DNA from: a virus
DNA length: 64,000 nt
Virus record (IMG/VR): IMGVR_UViG_3300028920_000006
Span: 7,843 to 71,842 of that record
Reading direction: 5' to 3' (one strand)
Shown: positions 57,924-64,000 of the stretch, in pieces
How the letters are laid out: every line of letters starts with the position of its first letter
Numbering within the stretch: the stretch's first letter is position 1
Program-made: the position numbers and the translations under genes
The notes under the pieces: model-generated
The model's database searches: none
Told to the model about the DNA's origin: nothing
The model's input: only the letters and a program-made list of their open reading frames with translations

Positions 57924-59870
57924 ATGCCAGTACAGAACATAGGCGGGATAGCAATATCCCTGAACGGTAAGGTAGCTGACTTCCAGAACAAGTTCAGAGG
58001 TGCTGGAGCTACTTTAACTCGCCTGAGCCAAAAAGCTGAGGCAGTAAGCGCCAAGTTTGAGTCTGTGGGCAGGGCTATGACCTACAATGTGTCTATGCCT
58101 ATTGCGGCGGCGATGGGGGCATCAGTCCGTGCTTTCAGCAATTTTGATATTGCCATGACTGAGTCACTAGCTATCATGGGTCAGGTTAGTGATCAGATGC
58201 GCAAAGAAATGAGAGATACTGCCCTATCTTTGTCGGGAGAAATCAAGTACTCAGCAAGAGAACTGGCTCAAGGTTACTTCTATCTAGCTTCTGCTGGTAT
58301 GGATGCTGCTCAGTCTATGCGTGCTCTGCCGACTTCCGCACGGTTCGCCATGGCCGGTGTCATGGATCAAGCTCGCGCCACAGAGCTATTGGCTGATTCC
58401 CAAGCTGCCCTTGGTTTGAAGGTCGCAGATTCTGAGCAGAACATGCGCAATATGACACGTGTTTCTGATGTACTGGTAAAAGCCAACACACTCGCACAGG
58501 CGACCACAGAACAGTTCGCAGAAGCTCTGGCTAACCGGGCCGCAGCATCTATGCGACTGTCCAACATTGAACTAGAAGAGGGTGTGGCTGTACTCGCGGC
58601 ATTCGCTATGCAGGGTAGAAAGGGGCAAGAAGCCGGCCGTGCTTTGTCCATTGTTCTGCGTGACTTGCAGAGGGTTTCTCTTAAGAACAAAGATATGTTC
58701 CAGATCATGGGCGTCCGTGTTTTTGACGCTGATGGTGCAATGCGGAAAATGGCGGATATTGTGTATGATCTTGAACGTGCTATGGATGGACTCAGTGTTG
58801 CTCAGAGACGTGCTTCACTTCAGACCATGGGATTCCAGCAGAGGTCTCTCGACAACTTGCTGACTATCATAGGATTCAGTAAAGAGATACGGGAATTCTA
58901 TAGGATATTGAAAATTGCGGGAGGTACGACAAAAGAAGTTGCTGACAAGCAGATGACAGCATTCGGCAACCAAGTCAAAATGGTCCGCAACCAAGTTGTT
59001 AATGTGGGAATAGACATAGGTAATAGGCTCCAACCCAAATTGCAGGGTCTGATGCAACGGGTATCAAAGGCTACTAGGACTTGGAGTAAGTACACTGATG
59101 CTCAGAAGAAGACACGCATACAGTGGGGTCTGTGGATAGCAGCAATAGGTCCGGGTGTTGGTGCTCTGGGAACAATAGGGAAAGTGTTGTTTGGTACGAC
59201 CATTCCAGCTTTGAAGGCGACATACAAAGCTATCATGGCCTTTCCGGCAAAGCATCCTGTGACTGCATTGATAGCAGGTAGTGCCGGGGCCGGTTATGCA
59301 GCAGGAATGGCCATACGTCAGATTCCAGCCGTACAACGTGTTTCCACAGATATATGGACGGGTTTCCTGGATATGATTGGGCATTACACACATGATGATC
59401 CAGGGATAAATTTTGATCCTGCTACCCGCAGAGCTCGCCGTCTGAACAGAGAAAGGTGGAAAAAGGAAGGTTGGAAAAAATACCTGGGAGCCACCAGACT
59501 ACAGGAAAAGTTGACCGAAGAGAACAGACAACGTCGTGCAGAAACACGTCTGACGGCACAACAGAGGGCCAGAGTAGCATTGGCATTCCGCCGTGATGAG
59601 TTGGAAGTTCTTGAACGGAGTATAGCGAATATGGCGAAGCACAGTCGCGAAAGAACCAACAAACAGTTTGCCGCAGCGGTCATGTTCGGAGCGTCGGGAT
59701 CAACTGCCGCAGCAGAGTCGCGTCGCACGCGCGAAAACAAAGCTCTTTCCAACATAGACCAAAACACCAAAGACCAAGTCCGCCTGCTCAAGGAGGAGAT
59801 AACCAAGTTGGAACAGGTGTTGGGTATTGTTAGCGGCGAGAATGTCAGGGTGTATAGTCTAGGAGGGTAA
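57924..59870 (+). CDS. tail tape measure protein (TP901 family)
   Basis: ELAQG.FYLASAG, DVL.KA, G.KG.EAG.AL; Ala-rich helical 648 aa. Confidence 0.9.
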   Translation: MPVQNIGGIAISLNGKVADFQNKFRGAGATLTRLSQKAEAVSAKFESVGRAMTYNVSMPIAAAMGASVRAFSNFDIAMTESLAIMGQVSDQMRKEMRDTALSLSGEIKYSARELAQGYFYLASAGMDAAQSMRALPTSARFAMAGVMDQARATELLADSQAALGLKVADSEQNMRNMTRVSDVLVKANTLAQATTEQFAEALANRAAASMRLSNIELEEGVAVLAAFAMQGRKGQEAGRALSIVLRDLQRVSLKNKDMFQIMGVRVFDADGAMRKMADIVYDLERAMDGLSVAQRRASLQTMGFQQRSLDNLLTIIGFSKEIREFYRILKIAGGTTKEVADKQMTAFGNQVKMVRNQVVNVGIDIGNRLQPKLQGLMQRVSKATRTWSKYTDAQKKTRIQWGLWIAAIGPGVGALGTIGKVLFGTTIPALKATYKAIMAFPAKHPVTALIAGSAGAGYAAGMAIRQIPAVQRVSTDIWTGFLDMIGHYTHDDPGINFDPATRRARRLNRERWKKEGWKKYLGATRLQEKLTEENRQRRAETRLTAQQRARVALAFRRDELEVLERSIANMAKHSRERTNKQFAAAVMFGASGSTAAAESRRTRENKALSNIDQNTKDQVRLLKEEITKLEQVLGIVSGENVRVYSLGG

Positions 59871-59871
59871 T

Positions 59872-60822
59872 ATGTCTGTGTCGTCTATAACTGAACTCCC
59901 CCAGAAATCAGGTACAGAAACCATAGAGGGGCGGGAGTACATTCGCAAGTTCCATGTCTTCACTGATGACATAACTGATGATCAGTACACCATATTCAGT
60001 ATCCTGGGTACTGAAGTGACCGGTGTAACAATCCCCAAACCGGGCAAGGAACACCCTAGTGATGATTCTGTAACAGTGCGTAGTGTGAGACCTGTACAGA
60101 ATCCTGAAAAACGGTCGATGTGGGATGTTTTGGTAACGTATCGCACACGCGATGTTTCATCTCCAGGAACAGGGGAAGAACAAGTCTTACCAACGGAACT
60201 TCCTCCGAGGGTATCGTTTGGACATAGGCTGTACAGCCGAGAATTAGATCGTGCTTACCAAGCAGGAGATAATGCCGGTGAACCATCCAAGGCTGTGAGG
60301 AACAGTGCGGGGGATCCATTTGATCCACAGCCTATGCACGACGTATCTCATATGATCATCAACATAGCTCGCAATGAAACTATGGATGAATTCTCCTCAG
60401 AGCAAACGGTCAAGAAGTACAAGAACACACTCAATTCAGTCGCCATAACAATCGGTGGTGTATCAATAGGGATACACGAAGGTAAAATGGTGAAGGTAGC
60501 CGGGGACAAGAGATGGGATTATGAAGGTAATCCCTACTACGAAGTCACCTATGAAATAGAAGTTGCAGATGAAACCCATCTTGGGTATCTGTTGGATAGG
60601 GGTTTCTATCAGAAGATAGGTGACAATGATCACAGACGTGTTTTGGAAAGTGATATTGGTACTGTCGTAAGTGGGAAGGACCGTCCAGTTAGTGAACCTG
60701 TACTTCTGGACGGTGCTGGTTTGATACTGGCTGACGATGATCCAGCGGGACCACAATGGCAACAATTCCAACCACTGTACGCTCTGAGTTGGGCTATGTT
60801 GGATCTACCTGTGTCGGAGTAG
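59872..60822 (+). CDS. distal tail / tail tip protein
   Basis: First gene after tape measure; NSAGDPFDP, LLDRGF, PVLLDG.G. Confidence 0.55.
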   Translation: MSVSSITELPQKSGTETIEGREYIRKFHVFTDDITDDQYTIFSILGTEVTGVTIPKPGKEHPSDDSVTVRSVRPVQNPEKRSMWDVLVTYRTRDVSSPGTGEEQVLPTELPPRVSFGHRLYSRELDRAYQAGDNAGEPSKAVRNSAGDPFDPQPMHDVSHMIINIARNETMDEFSSEQTVKKYKNTLNSVAITIGGVSIGIHEGKMVKVAGDKRWDYEGNPYYEVTYEIEVADETHLGYLLDRGFYQKIGDNDHRRVLESDIGTVVSGKDRPVSEPVLLDGAGLILADDDPAGPQWQQFQPLYALSWAMLDLPVSE

Positions 60823-60826
60823 AGTT

Positions 60827-62341
60827 ATGCCCCTAGAAAAATGGACATTTGATAAGCAGTCTGCCAGACGCATAGGAAGAGCCACCTTAGAAGTGGAGCA
60901 TATGCGTCGCGGTAAGTACCCCCGTGGATCAAGACACAGGGATTTTGAAGATGTGTCTTATTGGGACATGTTTGAATTTGAGTATGATGGCACCACGTCT
61001 ATCAAAGTCCATGCAGGTTATTGGATCCGGTGGGCTAATGGACATGATCATTGGGTGCCGTTGACCACTGATAGTGGAACAAGTGGTGATCCTGATGATT
61101 ACTATACACTCACTGGGATAACATCCACAAAACTAATACTTGCCAAGTTGAGCAAAGCGGCCAGTTCATCCAGCAATGAAGCCAATGCTTTGGATCCAGA
61201 CACATTGGAAATCACCACAGCCGCTTCGATCCCTGTGGATGATGACTACTTCGAGTATTTCCCTCTTGGCGTGGTGACTGCATCTGGTGGAGTGATCACC
61301 AATGTTAGGAACTACCACACCGGGGTCATCGGGAACTATATGGCCATACTGGATGGCAATTCCCTTAACTATGGAGAGGACCGCACCGAACAGATTTACG
61401 ATTGGGACGTAGCAGCAAGCGGGGGGTCTATGCCTACCGATGCTCTAATCCCTTACCACAATGATATCAATGATGACCTATTGTATGCCGACCAGTCTGA
61501 CTTCGGAGATTGGATTGCGGAGTACTTCAACAATGGGGGAACGTGGCCGTATCAGGAGTGGAGTGAATTGTTGGACACGGTTGGTGATCCCGAGGTGTCT
61601 TGGAATGAAGGATACATACCAGTCGTCACCCATCAGGGTGATAGCACGTTCAAGTTGGAATTGATTGATCCGGACCTTATGGGGAATTGGTGGAAGCTTG
61701 ATGGGAACTATGACGAAGCATATGGTCCGGAGATTGGGAACAGTGGTGGGGCTGACAAGGTGATCGATCTGGATGCTGAGCAGTTATTTCCTGCCGGGTA
61801 TGCATGGACTCTGGACTGGGACGCGAGGCAGTTTGACGGAGATGATTGGACATTTCTTGCCGGGACGGTTGCGAAGGTAGCGGATACAACAGCCGCAACC
61901 GCGAACGATACGGGAGCACTACAAGTCAAGGGAGGTATCAACGCACAAGATACTTGCTATTTTGACGACGGAACCTATGTTGTTGAACTGTTATCTAGTG
62001 GCGAATCCTCGGCTGGATATTTCTATGAAAGCCCTTTCCAAGTCTACATATGTGGTCAAGGTAGTGGGTTGTTTGCATGGGATGGTGATTACGGAGTACG
62101 ACTTGCGAATCAAGTTGAAGCTGGCAACTTTCAGAGTTCTACGGAAACGGTGCGTCTGGCAACTGCATCTTATGGGGTGGACGTAACCGACGGTGTGGGG
62201 ATCAATGTGCATTCAGGAGGTGATTACTATCACAATGACGTACAAGGAGCAACACAGACAGACCCCGCACTTACAATTCTGGATGTTAATGGGGGAGCGC
62301 ACACCCTTTACTTAAGAGGAGGTATATTATGCGCATCATAA
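60827..62341 (+). CDS. tail tip / fibre-related protein
   Basis: Acidic, Gly/Trp-rich; TGALQVKGGI fibre-like motif. Confidence 0.55.
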   Translation: MPLEKWTFDKQSARRIGRATLEVEHMRRGKYPRGSRHRDFEDVSYWDMFEFEYDGTTSIKVHAGYWIRWANGHDHWVPLTTDSGTSGDPDDYYTLTGITSTKLILAKLSKAASSSSNEANALDPDTLEITTAASIPVDDDYFEYFPLGVVTASGGVITNVRNYHTGVIGNYMAILDGNSLNYGEDRTEQIYDWDVAASGGSMPTDALIPYHNDINDDLLYADQSDFGDWIAEYFNNGGTWPYQEWSELLDTVGDPEVSWNEGYIPVVTHQGDSTFKLELIDPDLMGNWWKLDGNYDEAYGPEIGNSGGADKVIDLDAEQLFPAGYAWTLDWDARQFDGDDWTFLAGTVAKVADTTAATANDTGALQVKGGINAQDTCYFDDGTYVVELLSSGESSAGYFYESPFQVYICGQGSGLFAWDGDYGVRLANQVEAGNFQSSTETVRLATASYGVDVTDGVGINVHSGGDYYHNDVQGATQTDPALTILDVNGGAHTLYLRGGILCAS

Positions 62342-62459
62342 AAGTATTAGCGGTTCTGATCGTTTTGTTGAGAGTATCAGTTTGTGAAGCTGGTGTTCGC
62401 CCAAGTGGATGTGAGTGGGACCTATACATTGGTCCCTTAGAAACGTAAGGAGGAAAGAA

Positions 62460-62747
62460 ATGCCACAGATGAGAAAAAGTACAGAGGCGAAGATCAGGGA
62501 AATAAGGGAAGAGGAGCAACAGTTCCAACGTGCGAAGGAAGGGGCCTTCGCTCAGGCGGAACGGGAGCACTGCAAGGATGAAGACATATCCAAACTGATA
62601 GGGAAGAGAAACGATCTGATTGAGGAACGTATGACCCTGCAGAAAAGGCAGAAGCAGATTGGAATGGAACTGGCAAGGGTAGCTGAAGATATACGTGGCT
62701 ATCTGGAACAGTTCGTACCAGAGGATTACAGGGAGGAGAAGGACTGA
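62460..62747 (+). CDS. coiled-coil protein (possible fibre chaperone)
   Basis: AAGGAGG RBS; heptad pattern. Confidence 0.5.
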   Translation: MPQMRKSTEAKIREIREEEQQFQRAKEGAFAQAEREHCKDEDISKLIGKRNDLIEERMTLQKRQKQIGMELARVAEDIRGYLEQFVPEDYREEKD

Positions 62748-63241
62748 TGTCCAAGCGGGTGACTACAGTTTATTGGGATGTCAACCTGCTCACCCATTAT
62801 GATTCATCTGGGGTCAGGTTGAAAAAAACGTCGTGGCCTTATGTCATATACAAGGAGAAGATGCTGATAAACATCTACCTTGTCACAGATGACAGCCTTA
62901 CAAGCTTCACCAGATTGAGCAATACAGACGTTTTTGCGGCAGCGATAGATGATGCGTACAATGTACAGTCATCTGCGTTGCTGATGGCGAGTACCGCTAA
63001 TGCCGGGATTAATCAAGCCGGTGATTGGGCTGGGAGCAGTAATGGTCAAGCTGATGAAACACAGGGAGAGATAAGTATAGAGATAGATGCGACTGGTAGT
63101 GCCTTCGGTACTGCATTAGGGTCAAACAAGAGTGAAGATTGTATCTTGGAACTACAGGCATTTGATGGGGCAAGTAGCCTCAATCTCACCGCTGTGTTTC
63201 AGATACCCATTATCTGCTACAATGTAGTAAACGCAACATAG
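62747..63241 (+). CDS. putative baseplate/fibre-attachment protein
   Basis: Beta-rich 164 aa in tail module. Confidence 0.45.
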   Translation: MSKRVTTVYWDVNLLTHYDSSGVRLKKTSWPYVIYKEKMLINIYLVTDDSLTSFTRLSNTDVFAAAIDDAYNVQSSALLMASTANAGINQAGDWAGSSNGQADETQGEISIEIDATGSAFGTALGSNKSEDCILELQAFDGASSLNLTAVFQIPIICYNVVNAT

Positions 63242-63257
63242 GAAAAGGAGAAGAGAA

Positions 63258-63608
63258 ATGCAGAAGTTCACAAGTTGGTTCGGTGGGTTAGTTCTTGGGG
63301 TGATTATCACTGTCGGCGCAGTGTATGGAATGGTGTTGGCTTTGGATGTGAACAGCACAGATGACATGAAGAAGCTCACATTCAACAACCTTCCTAGCAC
63401 CAAGGACGCCGGGATGATGATGAAGTATGCACAGTGCTATCAGTTGGAGGAGGCAGGTAGCGATACATACTACAAGAGATGGAACAGCGGATCAGGGTCA
63501 AACCTTATCATGAGGATAAAGAAGTCAGGTGACATCTGGACCTATGAAAAGGCTACGGATACATGGGCGAACAGAGCGACTGCCACGTATTCCGCAATCA
63601 ATGAGTAA
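63258..63608 (+). CDS. tail-module protein with N-terminal hydrophobic segment
   Basis: FGGLVLGVIITVGAVYGMVLAL; C-terminal WANRA..TY. Confidence 0.55.
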   Translation: MQKFTSWFGGLVLGVIITVGAVYGMVLALDVNSTDDMKKLTFNNLPSTKDAGMMMKYAQCYQLEEAGSDTYYKRWNSGSGSNLIMRIKKSGDIWTYEKATDTWANRATATYSAINE

Positions 63609-63636
63609 CTGAAGGGACAACACCACAAAGGAGTGT

Positions 63637-64000
63637 ATGATGAAAAAGGTTGTGACAGTGATACTTGCTTTGCTTCTCAGCTTCAACGTGGCTCAGGCCG
63701 CAGGGAAGTTTGATGCACTGCTAGGTGAACTGAGAGAAGAGGACACTACTTCTCTTACAGGATATGCCAAACTGGCAGGGACAAACACCTGGACCGCCAC
63801 TAACACGTTCAGCAAGCGAGTAATTATTGACGGGACCGATGACAAGATGCTTGATGTGATTACCACGGGCACGAACGGTCCGGCCGTGCGCATAGTTGTG
63901 CCGGATTCCATGGCGGGGAATGCGGATTGCCTCTTAGTCGAGCAAGCAGACGGCACCGACATCTTTAAGGTTGACGAGGACAAGGATGTTTATATCGGGC
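63637..64000 (+). CDS. tail fibre-like protein with predicted signal peptide, truncated by window edge
   Basis: MMKKVVTVILALLLSFNVAQA|AGKFDALLG; YAKLAGTNTWTATNTF; manual translation. Confidence 0.6.
   Translation, partial: MMKKVVTVILALLLSFNVAQAAGKFDALLGELREEDTTSLTGYAKLAGTNTWTATNTFSKRVIIDGTDDKMLDVITTGTNGPAVRIVVPDSMAGNADCLLVEQADGTDIFKVDEDKDVYIG

Overview
A 64 kb slice of a large tailed dsDNA bacteriophage (siphovirus-like; no integrase, lysis cassette, tRNA or CRISPR seen in the window). It has two divergent arms. The minus-strand arm (1-32.4 kb) holds the replication, recombination and repair genes: 5'-3' exonuclease, RecA, gp32-like SSB, UvsY-like protein, intein-containing clamp loader, split UDG/exonuclease + PolA, radical SAM, DNA methyltransferase, PCNA-like clamp, helicase, primase, SNF2, a truncated sigma factor, DenV and many small early genes. 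The plus-strand arm (33-64 kb) holds a PAPS-reductase-like gene, terminase, portal, head genes, a 10.6 kb glycosyl/methyl/sulfo-transferase island, and neck and tail genes. Strongest unexplained signals: (1) at the divergence point, about 1.65 kb (30823-32468) with no GA or TC dinucleotide, carrying its own promoter, three Asp/Glu-free basic genes, a terminator and a dense cluster of GGTTWAACC sites (16 exact copies across 30324-32793); (2) an intein whose endonuclease is a separate gene overprinted in the +1 frame, with its own RBS occluded by a hairpin; (3) a recurring terminal (K/R)R-x-R-T basic peptide on many unrelated proteins, alongside three proteins with long acidic tracts; (4) a probable virion-glycan modification island. 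All assignments come from motif recognition by eye; no database searches were run.
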